Assembly: GCA_965249725.1 (NCBI GenBank)
Contig: CBDFMQ010000002.1
Location: 2,144,001 to 2,208,000, forward strand
Source of the DNA: Longimicrobiales bacterium
Lineage (GTDB): Bacteria > Gemmatimonadota > Gemmatimonadetes > Longimicrobiales > Gaopeijiaceae
DNA length: 64,000 nt
Direction: 5' to 3'
This document shows positions 1 to 10,358 of this stretch, piece by piece (positions within the stretch are counted from its first letter, which is position 1; each line of letters opens with the position of its first letter). Made by a program: the position numbers and the translations under genes. The notes beneath the pieces were generated by a model, which was given only the letters and a program-made list of their open reading frames with translations, was not told the origin of the DNA and made no database searches.

Positions 1-865
1 CGTCCCCGTTTTCGAGCACTACCCCGATTGCCGTCCCACTCTTGACGATCACGTGCGCGACTCCAGCCTCGGTGCGGATATCCGCGCCAAATCCGCGCGC
101 CGCACTGGCAATGGACTCGCTTATGCCTCCGGTCCCACCCCGAGCGAATCCCCAGGCACGCATCGCTCCGTCGATCTCGCCCATGTAGTGGTGCAACAGC
201 ACATACGCCGTGCCCGGAGATCGAGGACCGAGGAAGGTGCCGATGATGCCACTCGCGGCCATCGTGGCCTTCAGCGCCTCGGTCTCGAACCACTCGTCGA
301 GGTAGTCGGCGGAACTCATGGTCATGAGTTTGAAGAGCGCATGGAACTGCTCCTCGCCCAGGCCCCTCATGTGTCCCGCGAGCTTGGCGAACCCCATGAG
401 GTCCTTCGGGCTCAGCGACGTGGGGTCGGGTGGCACCATCGACAGGATGGGCTTCACGGCCACGGCCAGTTGGTACATCAGCTTGCTGAAGTCGTCGTAC
501 GCATCGGCGTCCTTGGGAGAGTGCCGGTACAACTCCCGGCGGGTCTGATCATGGTCCGACCAGCGCACCAGGTAGTCGTCATCCGAGATCGGAGTGAAGG
601 TGCTCTCGAGCGGGAGGATCTCGAGACCGTGGCGAGGCAGGTCCAGATCCTGGATGATCTCCGGCCTTAGAAGGCTCACGACGTAGGAGCACACCGAGTA
701 CTTGAAGCCGGGATGGATCTCCTCGGTGACGGCGGCTCCCCCGAGCACGTGTCGCTTCTCGAGCACGACGACTCGCTTGCCCGACCTGGCCAGGTATGCG
801 GCGTTGACCAGGCCGTTGTGCCCTCCCCCGATGACGATCGCGTCGTATCGGTTGGCAGCGGTCAC
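1..865 (-). CDS. FAD-dependent oxidoreductase, phytoene dehydrogenase-like (3' end outside window)
   Basis: Not in the ORF track; translated by hand from GTG at 865: MTAANRYDAIVIGGGHNGLVNAAYLARSGKRVVVLEKRHVLGGAAVTEE, a dinucleotide-binding GxGxxG motif. Start overlaps the upstream stop (GTGA). Confidence 0.85.
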   Translation of the reverse strand, partial: MTAANRYDAIVIGGGHNGLVNAAYLARSGKRVVVLEKRHVLGGAAVTEEIHPGFKYSVCSYVVSLLRPEIIQDLDLPRHGLEILPLESTFTPISDDDYLVRWSDHDQTRRELYRHSPKDADAYDDFSKLMYQLAVAVKPILSMVPPDPTSLSPKDLMGFAKLAGHMRGLGEEQFHALFKLMTMSSADYLDEWFETEALKATMAASGIIGTFLGPRSPGTAYVLLHHYMGEIDGAMRAWGFARGGTGGISESIASAARGFGADIRTEAGVAHVIVKSGTAIGVVLENGD

Positions 866-2055
866 GGCGTCGACCTCTTGCGCGCGGGGTTGTAGAAGGG
901 TGTCTCGACCACTTCGGCCACCGCCTGACGCCTTACGTGCTCCACCGTGACCTCCATGTGGACAGTCGTGCCCGGCCGCGCATGGTGGGCGTGAAGGTGC
1001 GCCAGAGCGATGTACTTTTTGAGGATCGGGGACCAGCATCCGCTCGTAGCGTACCCCACCTGCTTGCCATCACGGTAGACGGGCACGCTGGTCCTCCAGG
1101 CCACCGAAGGCAGCTGGGGCGGAAGACCCACCTTGGCGTACAGGTCCTCCAACGATTCCCAGCTCACCTCCAGGCCACGAAGCTCCCACTCCGGGCCCCG
1201 CCGCTTCTCCTCTACCAGCGCTGCCCGGCCCACGAAGGCCTCCTTGTCCAGATTCACCGTCCAGCCGAGACCCAACTCGAACGGCGAGGACTTCCGATCT
1301 TCGATCACGGCCCGGTGCGCCGGCACGTAGTCTACGTCGAGAAGCACCAGGCCGGCCTCGATCCGAGCCACATCGAGCGCGAGAATCCCCGCAGGCGTGA
1401 TCCCATGGGAACGACCCACTTCCATCAGGGCGTCCCAAAGGTCCGGCGCGTCTCCGGAGTCCACCCAGATCTCGTATCCGAGATCCCCCGTGTACCCGGT
1501 CCGGGTGACGGTCACCGGAACGTCGCTCACGTGCGTGACGGCGAGCCGAAAGAACCCGAGCCCGTCCACCTCCCCATCCGTCGCGCTCCCCAAGATGGCT
1601 CGCGCGTTGGGACCCTGGAGCGAGAGGGCGGCCAGAGAATCGGAGATGTCCGTGATCTCCACGTCGAGGCCGAAAGCGTTGTCCAGGAGCCAACGCAGAT
1701 TCGGTTCGGCTGATGTAAGCCGGTACGCGTCCTCTTCCATGCGGGACAGCGTACCGTCATCCATCACCTTGCCTTGTCCGTCACACCACGGCGTGTAGAG
1801 GACCTGCCCGGGCACGCACCGAGATATGTCTCGGGTCACCACCCGATCGAGGAGGCGCGAGGCATCCCGACCCCGAATCTCGTACTTGAAGAGGGGCGAC
1901 ACATCGAAGAGGGCCGCCGCGCTCCGGATGGCATAGTACTCTCGGTCGGGCGTGAGCTCGTACGACCCGGCGGTGATGAAGCCCGCCCAGCGACGCCAAT
2001 TCTGGGCTTGGCAGAGTGGAGCCGTTCGGGAATGGAAAGGGGTGGTCCTCAGCAT
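862..2055 (-). CDS. Aminomethyltransferase family protein (GcvT/DmdA-like folate-binding fold)
   Basis: Motifs LFDVSPL, GKVMDDG, LQGP, RTGYTGDLGYEIW, ARIEAG and C-terminal TPFYNP. Confidence 0.88.
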   Translation of the reverse strand: MLRTTPFHSRTAPLCQAQNWRRWAGFITAGSYELTPDREYYAIRSAAALFDVSPLFKYEIRGRDASRLLDRVVTRDISRCVPGQVLYTPWCDGQGKVMDDGTLSRMEEDAYRLTSAEPNLRWLLDNAFGLDVEITDISDSLAALSLQGPNARAILGSATDGEVDGLGFFRLAVTHVSDVPVTVTRTGYTGDLGYEIWVDSGDAPDLWDALMEVGRSHGITPAGILALDVARIEAGLVLLDVDYVPAHRAVIEDRKSSPFELGLGWTVNLDKEAFVGRAALVEEKRRGPEWELRGLEVSWESLEDLYAKVGLPPQLPSVAWRTSVPVYRDGKQVGYATSGCWSPILKKYIALAHLHAHHARPGTTVHMEVTVEHVRRQAVAEVVETPFYNPARKRSTP

Positions 2056-2239
2056 GCCGATCCGAGGTGTGGGCGTCGGGGCACCTGCTAGTAGCCGGGA
2101 TCTTACCCGAGGACCGACGGGGGGGCAATCGCACCGCGTCGTGGACCCTCGCGGGGAGCCAACCGCGTACCCATCTTCCGGAGCACCGGTCGATCACGAA
2201 GGTGCGATGCTGCCATGAGACCAGATCCGGTAGGGGGCC

Positions 2240-4987
2240 GTGTACATGACAGAAGGAACCGTCACCCAGTGCGAATCCCGCGGTGGAATGCGCCGAGAAG
2301 CGCCGTCGCGGGGAATGTCGATCGTGGCGTTGTCGACCGCCGCGATGTTGACCGCTGGCCTTCTAGCCTGCTCGGGGGATGCGGGGACGCCCGGCGGCGC
2401 GACCGTCTCGGGCGCCTTCGACGGCCCGCCGCCGGCCCGGGTCGCGGGATACGATTGGGCACGCCACGGCGGCAACTACATGTACAACTACTACCTCCCG
2501 CCTGCCCCCAGCTCCACGCCCTGGGCGCCGGCGTGGTCTCCGAGGGGCGATGCCATCGCCGTGGGCATGAGTGGCTCCATATGGTCGATAGCCCTCGAGG
2601 AAGGGGTCGATCCCGAAACAGGCCAGGCGACCGACCCCGGTGTCGCCACCGAGCTTACGCGAGGCTCCGCATATCACTCCTCGCCGGCCTGGTCACCGGA
2701 CGGACGGTGGATCGTCTACACGGCCGACAACGGTGCCTCGGCGGGTGAGGGGCCGCATACCATCCAGTTGGCAATCCTGGACGTGGAATCGGGGGAGTCC
2801 CGCGCCCTGACCGACGACGAGTTCGTCTACGCCGATCCGACGTTCTCGGCAGACGGAACCCAGCTGGCGTATGTCTCGACCCAGCCCAACGGGTACTTCA
2901 ACGTCTACGTGCGTCCGATCCAGGACGGCCAATGGAACGGATCCGCCGTAGCCGTGACATCGGACAACGACTTCGGACGTGAGCGTCTCTACTTCGGTTC
3001 GCAGGACATGCACCTGTCTCCATCGTGGATGCCGGACGGCGAAGAACTCCTCCTCGTCTCCAATCGTGACGTGGCTCTAGGGTCGGGCAACGTGATCAGG
3101 GTGCCGGCCGAAGTCGGGGGTATCGAGAGACGCAGCACCGTTCTCGCCGAACAGACCCTCTACCGGGCCCGACCCGACGTGTCCCCGGACGGCACGCGGT
3201 TCGTGTATTCATCGACCTCCGGCTCCGCCGATCAATACGTAAACCTGTACGTGCAGCCCACCATCGGTGGGGAGCCGTACAAGCTCACGTTCTTCCAGCA
3301 CGACGCGTTCCATCCGCGATGGTCCCCCGATGGCGAGTGGATCGCATACGTCTCGAACGAATCAGGTCTCCCCCAGCTCGAACTCCTCGAGACGTTCGGC
3401 GGAGCGCGGCGCCGGATCGAGATCACACAGAGGCGCTGGAAGGAGCCCATGGGCACACTGGTGGCGACCGTCCGGGCTGAAGGCCTTTCTGGTGAAGGCA
3501 GCAGCGAACCCACAGCGGCACGCGTGACGCTGATCGCAGCCGACGGCAAGGTGTGGGCACCCAGCGACGCGTACGCGCGGATCGGTGGCAGGGGCGGCTT
3601 CCCCGCGTTTCATTCGACCGGCAGCTTCTCCCTCCAGCTTCCTCCCGGTCCGGTGGACCTCACGGTAATGAAGGGTTTCGAATTGCACCCCGACCGGCGG
3701 CACGTAGAGGTACGGGCCGGCGAGGTCACCGAGGTGGAGGTCGTCCTCCGGCGCATGGCCGACCTCTCGGCCGAAGGATGGCACAACGGATCCACGCACC
3801 TCCACATGAACTACGCGGGGAACCTCCACAACACGCTCGAGAACATGATGATGATGTCCGATGCCGAGGATCAGGACATCGTCAACGAGCAGGTCGCGAA
3901 CAAGGACAACCGCATCCTCGACCATCAGTTCTTCGTCCCGGGCGGCGATGCCCACCCCCTCTCCACTCCCGACCGAGTGCTCGTAGTCGGGCAGGAGTAC
4001 CGGCCCCCGTTCTACGGCCATGTCTTCATGCTGGGACTGGAGGACCATCTCATCTCGCCCTTCACGACGGGCTACGAAGGGACGGCCATCGAAAGTCTAT
4101 ATCCCTCGAATACAGACATGCTCAGGAAGGCCAAGCTCCAGGGTGCGACAACCGGCTACGTGCACGCCTTCGGAGGGGACGCCGATCCCCTGGAAGGCAA
4201 CCTGGGCGGCGGTAAGGGCTTCATGGTCGACGCGGTGCTGGAGGCACTGGACGCACTGGAGTGGTCCTCTGCGGGGCACGCCGGCTTCTTCCCCCTCTAC
4301 GCGGTTTGGAACAACGATCTCCGAATCACCGCTGTTGGGGGCGAGGATGCCATCAGCAGTCTGCACTGGACGCCCCTGGTCGGTGCCATGCGGACCTATG
4401 TGAGAACACCGGACCGCCGGCGCACTATGGAGGGCTGGTTCGAAGGACTGCGGGATGGCCGTGCCTTCGTGACCAACGGGCCTCTCGTCTCTCTCATGGT
4501 GAATGACTCCATTCCGGGCTCTGAACTAGCGCTGCCCGCCGGAGCAACGAGTATCGCCGTACAGGCGCGCGTCCGTTCCATCACACCGCTCACGCGCGCC
4601 TGGCTCGTGCACGACGGCCGTGACGTTCAAGAGGTCGCGCTGTCCCCGGATCGCATGAGCGGCGAGTTCAGCGGGGACGTCCCTATCACGGGGAGCGGTT
4701 GGATCCATCTGAGGGCCGAAGGAGAGCGAGAGGAACACTACCCCCTCGACGCCACCTTCGCCCAAGCGTTCACCAATCCGGTGTGGTTCGAGGTGGACGG
4801 AGCACCCATCCGCGACGCTGCGTCCGCCGAATACGGCATTCGATGGATCGAGAAGCTCACCGCGATGGCCGAGGCCTCGCCCGGTTGGCGCTCCGAGGAG
4901 GAGTGGCGTCGGGTCCGCTACCAGTTCCTGCAAGCGAAGGGTGTGTACGAGCGCCTGAGGGCCGAGGCGGAGGGATCGACACCATGA
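2240..4987 (+). CDS. Probable lipoprotein with TolB/PD40 beta-propeller repeats and a PHP-like (CehA/McbA-type) metallohydrolase domain
   Basis: Lipobox-like LLAC; repeated PAWSPxG/PTFSADG/PRWSPDG; THLHMNY, GQEYR..GH, YVH, GGEDA, FVTNGP. True start may be the ATG at 2288 or 2315. Confidence 0.75.
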   Translation: MYMTEGTVTQCESRGGMRREAPSRGMSIVALSTAAMLTAGLLACSGDAGTPGGATVSGAFDGPPPARVAGYDWARHGGNYMYNYYLPPAPSSTPWAPAWSPRGDAIAVGMSGSIWSIALEEGVDPETGQATDPGVATELTRGSAYHSSPAWSPDGRWIVYTADNGASAGEGPHTIQLAILDVESGESRALTDDEFVYADPTFSADGTQLAYVSTQPNGYFNVYVRPIQDGQWNGSAVAVTSDNDFGRERLYFGSQDMHLSPSWMPDGEELLLVSNRDVALGSGNVIRVPAEVGGIERRSTVLAEQTLYRARPDVSPDGTRFVYSSTSGSADQYVNLYVQPTIGGEPYKLTFFQHDAFHPRWSPDGEWIAYVSNESGLPQLELLETFGGARRRIEITQRRWKEPMGTLVATVRAEGLSGEGSSEPTAARVTLIAADGKVWAPSDAYARIGGRGGFPAFHSTGSFSLQLPPGPVDLTVMKGFELHPDRRHVEVRAGEVTEVEVVLRRMADLSAEGWHNGSTHLHMNYAGNLHNTLENMMMMSDAEDQDIVNEQVANKDNRILDHQFFVPGGDAHPLSTPDRVLVVGQEYRPPFYGHVFMLGLEDHLISPFTTGYEGTAIESLYPSNTDMLRKAKLQGATTGYVHAFGGDADPLEGNLGGGKGFMVDAVLEALDALEWSSAGHAGFFPLYAVWNNDLRITAVGGEDAISSLHWTPLVGAMRTYVRTPDRRRTMEGWFEGLRDGRAFVTNGPLVSLMVNDSIPGSELALPAGATSIAVQARVRSITPLTRAWLVHDGRDVQEVALSPDRMSGEFSGDVPITGSGWIHLRAEGEREEHYPLDATFAQAFTNPVWFEVDGAPIRDAASAEYGIRWIEKLTAMAEASPGWRSEEEWRRVRYQFLQAKGVYERLRAEAEGSTP

Positions 4988-5829
4988 GAGCGGCTGCTCT
5001 GCTGGCGGTCGCCCTCCTCGGAATGCCCAGCCAAGAGGCCGAGGTGCTGGGGAGGTACTCGTTCGACGCCGACCGTCGTGTGCAATGGGGCCTGCCCAAC
5101 CGCCTGAAGGAGATCTCGGGGCTGGCCGTCACTCGGGCGGATCGTCTGTTCGCGCACAACGACGAGAGGGCCGTGATCTACGAGATCGACGTCCCAGGCC
5201 AGAAGATCGCGAAGGCATTCTCCATGGGGCGCCCGACGGTCCGGGGGGATTTCGAGGGACTGTTCGTACTGGAAGACCGCTTCTTTCTGGTGACGAGCGA
5301 TGGCGTGCTCTTCGAGAGCCTCGAGGGTGAGGACGAGGAGCGGCTCGACTACAACATGTACGTCACCGGTGCGGGTCGCCTCTGTGAAGTCGAGGGGCTC
5401 GCCGCGAACGTCGAGGGCACACGCCTACTCCTGGTCTGCAAGACCCCCAGGGCCCGCGAACTGCGCTCTTGGGTAACGCTGCTACCATGGTCGATCGAGG
5501 AACGCCGGCTGGTCCCCGAAGAGGCGATCCGGATCCCGTTGGACCCGTTCACGGATCTCGTGAAGGGCAACGAATTCAGTCCCTCTGGCCTTTCGTTGGC
5601 TCCCGGAAGCGACCACTTCCTCCTGGTTGCCGCGAGGCAGAACGCCATCGCCGAGATCTCGCTAGACGGCCGCTTGTGGGCGATCACCTCCCTCGATAAA
5701 GGACGCCACCAGCAGACGGAAGGCGTCGCCTTCCTGTCGGATGGCACATTGGTGCTGGCCGACGAGGGGACGGGACGGCGTGGCCGACTGACGTTTTACG
5801 GCATCGACAGGGACGCTCACGACGACTGA
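4984..5829 (+). CDS. Exported SdiA-regulated/YjiK-like beta-propeller protein
   Basis: ATG at 4984 overlaps the upstream TGA; signal-like N-terminus; repeated EISGL/DFEGL/EVEGL/SPSGL/QTEGV. Confidence 0.65.
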   Translation: MRAAALLAVALLGMPSQEAEVLGRYSFDADRRVQWGLPNRLKEISGLAVTRADRLFAHNDERAVIYEIDVPGQKIAKAFSMGRPTVRGDFEGLFVLEDRFFLVTSDGVLFESLEGEDEERLDYNMYVTGAGRLCEVEGLAANVEGTRLLLVCKTPRARELRSWVTLLPWSIEERRLVPEEAIRIPLDPFTDLVKGNEFSPSGLSLAPGSDHFLLVAARQNAIAEISLDGRLWAITSLDKGRHQQTEGVAFLSDGTLVLADEGTGRRGRLTFYGIDRDAHDD

Positions 5830-5923
5830 CCCCGACACTCCCGTCGGTGATCCCCGGGCGGGCAAGAGGACCCGACCCAATGTTACATTCCCTTCCCGCA
5901 TTCACCGCACTACGAGGACATAC

Positions 5924-6424
5924 ATGGCCAAGAAGAACTCCTTCGACATCACCACCGGCATCGACCTTCAAGAGGTCGATAATGCGGTGAACCAGGCGCA
6001 CAAGGAGATCGCTACCCGGTACGACTTCAAGGGCACGAACTGCACCATCGAACTCGACCGGGCTGCCAATGTGATCAAGCTCGAGGGCGACGACGATTAC
6101 CGGCTCGGCGCGGTCCTGCAGGTCCTGCGGGAGAAGCTCGCGCGGAGAAAGGTCCCGCTGAAGAACCTCGACGTGAGCGAGGTCGAGATCGGCTCCCTGG
6201 GCCGCGCGCGGCAGACGATCGGACTCAAGCAGGGCATCGACCAGGAAACGGGCAAGAAGATGGTCAAGGCCGTCAAAGACAACGGCTTCAAGAAGGTGCA
6301 GGTACAGATCCAGGGAGACGAGCTGCGGGTCACCAGCCCTTCGAGGGATGAACTGCAGGCGGTCATGACCTTCCTCAAGGGCACAGATTGGGGTATCGAA
6401 CTCCAGTTCGGGAATTACCGGTAG
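5924..6424 (+). CDS. yajQ: YajQ family nucleotide/c-di-GMP-binding protein
   Basis: SFDI, EVDNAVNQA.KEI.TRYDFKG, QIQGDELRV, LQFGNYR; GAGGA RBS. Confidence 0.95.
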   Translation: MAKKNSFDITTGIDLQEVDNAVNQAHKEIATRYDFKGTNCTIELDRAANVIKLEGDDDYRLGAVLQVLREKLARRKVPLKNLDVSEVEIGSLGRARQTIGLKQGIDQETGKKMVKAVKDNGFKKVQVQIQGDELRVTSPSRDELQAVMTFLKGTDWGIELQFGNYR

Positions 6425-6479
6425 AGCCGGGCGACGACGTGCCATCCGCGATGCAACCTCCCCGCCTGAGGAGCCGGCC

Positions 6480-8036
6480 TTGAGTCGATCGGCCACCTCC
6501 GGCAAGAGGAGCATCATGCAGAGGGTCGGCCTCATCCTAGGCCCGGCCCTGTTCCTCGTGACGAACCTCTACGACCTCGATCCCGGAAACCCTGAGGTCA
6601 CCCGCATGGCCGCCGTGGCCATTCTGATGGCCACCTGGTGGATTACAGAAGCGATCCCGCTGTTCGCGACGGCTCTACTTCCGTTGGTGCTCTACCCGTT
6701 CCTCGGGATCGCCCGGGGCGGCACCACGGCCCCCATCTACTTCAACAGCACCATCGTGCTGTTCTTGGGCGGGTTCATGATCGCCCTCACGATGGAGAAG
6801 TGGAATCTGCACCGGCGGATCGCCCTGAAGATCATTCGGACGATCGGCGGAGGCCCGTCTCGAATCGTGCTGGGGTTCATGGTGGCGGCGGGCTTCCTCT
6901 CCATGTGGATCTCCAATACGGCCACCGCAATCATGATGGTCCCCATCGGCCTCGCCATCATTCTCGAGATGGAAGAGGACTTCGGGGTGGAGGACACGCA
7001 CCCGTTTTCGGTCGGGGTCATGCTGGCCATCGGGTACGCGTGCTCGGTGGGCGGAATCGCGACGCTGGTGGGGACCCCACCCAACCTCTCCTTCGCTCGG
7101 ATCTTCGAGATCACCTTCCCGGACGCACCAACCATCTCCTTCGGCCAGTGGATCCTGGTGGGATTACCCATCTCGGTGACGATGCTGGTGATCGCCTGGC
7201 TCCTCATCACGAAGGTCTTTTTCCGCGTGCCGGAGCATGTCACCGTGGATCGGGAATTGGTCGATCGACAGGCGGCGGCGCTCGGACCCGTCGCCTACGA
7301 GGAGAAGGCCGTGCTCGTCGTCTTCGGACTCACCGCGTTCTTGTGGGTGTTCAGGATCCCCATCCAGCTCGGGTTCGTGACCATTCCGGGCTGGTCGCAG
7401 CTGATCCCGTTCCCGGAGTTGATCGACGACGGGACGGTGGCCATTACCATGGCGACCATCCTCTTCCTCATTCCGAGCCGCACACCCGGAGCCGCCTATT
7501 CGACGCTCGCGGGCAGGGATCTCATTCCCCGACTGCCCTGGAACATCGTGCTCTTGTTCGGCGGCGGTTTCGCTCTGGCCTATGGCTTCCAGGCGACTGG
7601 TCTATCGACGCTGATCGGGAATCAGTTCGCCGGGCTCGCCGGAGTCTCGCCCTTCATTCTGATCATCGTGGTCTGCCTGACGCTGACTTTCCTGACCGAA
7701 CTGACGTCGAACACCGCCACCACCGAGATGATTCTGCCGATCCTCGCGTCAGTGGCCGTAGCCACCAACGTCCATCCATTGCTGCTGATGATCCCAGCCA
7801 CCCTTTCGGCGTCCTGCGCCTTCATGATGCCCGTGGCGACTCCGCCCAACGCGATCATCTTCGGCAGTGACCGGGTCCGCATCCCCGAGATGGCACGCAT
7901 CGGCATCGTACTCAACCTGATTGGCGCCCTGGTGATCACGTTGATCTTCCTCTTCCTGGGAACCGCGATCTTCGGCATCGACGCAGGGGTCATGCCGGAG
8001 TGGGCGACACTGGGGACGGTGGGGACGGAGCCGTAG
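6480..8036 (+). CDS. SLC13/DASS family sodium:dicarboxylate/sulfate symporter
   Basis: WWITEAIP, LSMWISNTAT, TLVGTPPN, ELTSNTAT, MMPVATPPNAI; many TM segments. Confidence 0.92.
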   Translation: MSRSATSGKRSIMQRVGLILGPALFLVTNLYDLDPGNPEVTRMAAVAILMATWWITEAIPLFATALLPLVLYPFLGIARGGTTAPIYFNSTIVLFLGGFMIALTMEKWNLHRRIALKIIRTIGGGPSRIVLGFMVAAGFLSMWISNTATAIMMVPIGLAIILEMEEDFGVEDTHPFSVGVMLAIGYACSVGGIATLVGTPPNLSFARIFEITFPDAPTISFGQWILVGLPISVTMLVIAWLLITKVFFRVPEHVTVDRELVDRQAAALGPVAYEEKAVLVVFGLTAFLWVFRIPIQLGFVTIPGWSQLIPFPELIDDGTVAITMATILFLIPSRTPGAAYSTLAGRDLIPRLPWNIVLLFGGGFALAYGFQATGLSTLIGNQFAGLAGVSPFILIIVVCLTLTFLTELTSNTATTEMILPILASVAVATNVHPLLLMIPATLSASCAFMMPVATPPNAIIFGSDRVRIPEMARIGIVLNLIGALVITLIFLFLGTAIFGIDAGVMPEWATLGTVGTEP

Positions 8037-8043
8037 GAGGCCC

Positions 8044-10344
8044 CTACCTCGGCCAGCCAGGCACCATAACCGGAGCCGTGACCGGCGCTCCCGCCGCTAT
8101 GCCCACCTGCCCCGACGTGTTGAGACCCCAGCAGTAGATCTCTCCGAGACCGTTGAGCCCGCACGTGTGATCTCCGAGGCCGGGCAACAGAAGGGAGATA
8201 GCGTGCTGTGAGCCGGGAGCAAGCAGGAACGGCGCCGACTGGTTGACCATAGAGCCGATCCCCAACTCTCCGGATGCATTCAGACCCCAGCAGTAGGTGA
8301 GGCCTCCGACGAGGCCACAAGTGTGTCCGCCTCCCGCCTCGATGCTGGTGAACGTGAGACCGCCCAATACGAGCAGAGGAGTCGGGTTGGCTTGCGGTAC
8401 GGCACCGCCCGCGCCGAGTGAGCCGCTGATGTCCTCGCCCCAGCAGTAGCCCGCCCCCGCTTGGGTAACGCCACAAGAGTAGCCGGCCCCGGCGGAGACC
8501 TCGGAGAAGAGCAGTCCGCCCGTAACCGCAACGGGCACCGTACGAGTGATCAGAGTGCCGAGTCCGAGCTGTCCTTGGTCGTTGAGACCCCAGCAGTAAG
8601 CGACGCCGGCGAGCGTGATCGCGCACGAGTGATCCTGTCCGGTACTGATCTCCTGGAAGGACAGTCCGGCCACTGCTACCGGAGAAGTAGCGTCGGTCAA
8701 CCCGGCGTTGCCCAACTGGCCACTGCCCCCTTCGCCCCAACAATACGCCGCCCCGGTGCCGTCGAGCGCGCACGTGTGGGACGCCCCGGCGCTGATCGCC
8801 ACGAAGTGGAGGTTGGTGGTCACCCTGGTCGGGGTGGAACGTGTGATGTTCGTGCCGTCGCCGAGTTGGCCACTGGTGTTCAGCCCCCAGCAGTAGGCCT
8901 CCCCACTGCTGGTGAGGCCGCAACCGTGCTCGCCCCCGGCCGACACCCTTACGAGCGTGACGCCGCCGATGAGTAGCGGTAGGGACGAGAAGGCCGGGCC
9001 CGCACCCAACTGTTGGTTGAGGTTGTTGCCCCAGCAATACCAGGACCCATCGGTCCCGGCCCGTGCACAATTGTGGTTCGTGCCCACGGTAAGGGAGGCA
9101 CCAAGCCCTACCTGAACGAACCCCGTCGCCGTAAACGTCACATCAGGCACCCCCGCCGTCGACACGGTGACTGTGGTCGTACCCGCACCGGCCGGTAGCG
9201 TCAGCACGACGCTGACCAAGCCCTCGCTGTCGGTTCCGAGCGACGCGGCGCTCAACGAGCCCGCACTCGAGGCGAAGGCAACCAGCGTCAACGGAACCGG
9301 ATTGCCCGAGGCGTCCAGCACCCGGGCAATCAACGGGAACGGAAGGGCGGTCGAGCTCGGCGCCACCTGCAGGTCCCCTGAGACCTTCTCGATGGTAGTA
9401 GGCACACCGGCGATCGCGGTGGCTGTGAAGGTTGCCTCCAGACCGAGGGCCGTCACCGAGGCGGTGACCGTGACCAGCCCGACCGTTGCCGGCAGGGTCA
9501 GCGTCGTACTGGCGAGGCCATTCTCGTCCGTAGTTCCAGTCATGGTGCTCAAGGAGCCGGCCGAGGTCGAGAACTCAACCTCCTGCCCCACGGTCGCATT
9601 GCCCAGAGCGTCCTCGAGCTTGATGACCATCGGGAGGCCGAGCGTCGCCAGGACCACTCCAGTCTGGGAATCACCGGAGACCTTCGCGATGCTGGCAGCA
9701 GGCCCTGCTATTGCGGTCGCAGTGAAGTCGACGCTGAACTGCGCGATCGTCGCCCGCAGGCGCTGCGCGCCCAGCAGGGTGCCCAGCACCCACTCGACAC
9801 TCGCTGTTCCATCCTGTCCCGTGGTCGCCGTAGACACGACGGATCCGCCCCCACCCGTGACCCCAAACTGTACGATCCGGTTCGGAACAGGGCTCCCCAA
9901 CGCGTCGGTCAACAACACCGTGGGTCGCTCCGGCAGGGCCGATTCCACAACGCCGGTCTGACCGTCACCGCCCGACTCTACGAGCGCCACGGCCGCTCGA
10001 TCCACCTGCAGCCCCACCGATCCGCTCGCCCCACCGGCAGACGCCGAGATGATGGCGGTGCCATGCCCTTTAGCGGTGATGAGCCCCGTGCTGCTCACCT
10101 CCGCGACCGGCGCATTGCTGGAAGACCAGGCAACCGCCTGCCCCGCCATGACGTTCCCGTTCTGGTCGCGAACCTCGGCCGAGGCCTGGGTAGTCTCACC
10201 CACCGCGGCCAGAATGACCTTGGAGGGGATGACGCTGATGGAGGTGGGGGTCAGAGGGGTCACTCCCCCACCGCTGCCGTCGCTCTTACAGCCCACCACC
10301 AGCAGGAGCATCGCTGTGGCATCGACCTGGTTGGAGCGTGTCAT
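8044..10344 (-). CDS. Surface lipoprotein with Ig-like (Big) repeats and a C-terminal RCC1-type beta-propeller
   Basis: Lipobox-like LVVGC; VAWSSSN..VAEV Big_2-like domain; three SG[GD]xxQ Ig repeats; about seven HxCxx...YCWGxN..GQLG blades. ATG 10344 chosen to avoid overlapping the upstream gene. Confidence 0.8.
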   Translation of the reverse strand: MTRSNQVDATAMLLLVVGCKSDGSGGGVTPLTPTSISVIPSKVILAAVGETTQASAEVRDQNGNVMAGQAVAWSSSNAPVAEVSSTGLITAKGHGTAIISASAGGASGSVGLQVDRAAVALVESGGDGQTGVVESALPERPTVLLTDALGSPVPNRIVQFGVTGGGGSVVSTATTGQDGTASVEWVLGTLLGAQRLRATIAQFSVDFTATAIAGPAASIAKVSGDSQTGVVLATLGLPMVIKLEDALGNATVGQEVEFSTSAGSLSTMTGTTDENGLASTTLTLPATVGLVTVTASVTALGLEATFTATAIAGVPTTIEKVSGDLQVAPSSTALPFPLIARVLDASGNPVPLTLVAFASSAGSLSAASLGTDSEGLVSVVLTLPAGAGTTTVTVSTAGVPDVTFTATGFVQVGLGASLTVGTNHNCARAGTDGSWYCWGNNLNQQLGAGPAFSSLPLLIGGVTLVRVSAGGEHGCGLTSSGEAYCWGLNTSGQLGDGTNITRSTPTRVTTNLHFVAISAGASHTCALDGTGAAYCWGEGGSGQLGNAGLTDATSPVAVAGLSFQEISTGQDHSCAITLAGVAYCWGLNDQGQLGLGTLITRTVPVAVTGGLLFSEVSAGAGYSCGVTQAGAGYCWGEDISGSLGAGGAVPQANPTPLLVLGGLTFTSIEAGGGHTCGLVGGLTYCWGLNASGELGIGSMVNQSAPFLLAPGSQHAISLLLPGLGDHTCGLNGLGEIYCWGLNTSGQVGIAAGAPVTAPVMVPGWPR

Positions 10345-10358
10345 CCTACCGAGCCGGA

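Noticed and set aside
5879..5889. Near-palindrome AATGTTACATT upstream of yajQ
   Set aside because: Too short to assign to a regulator without comparative data
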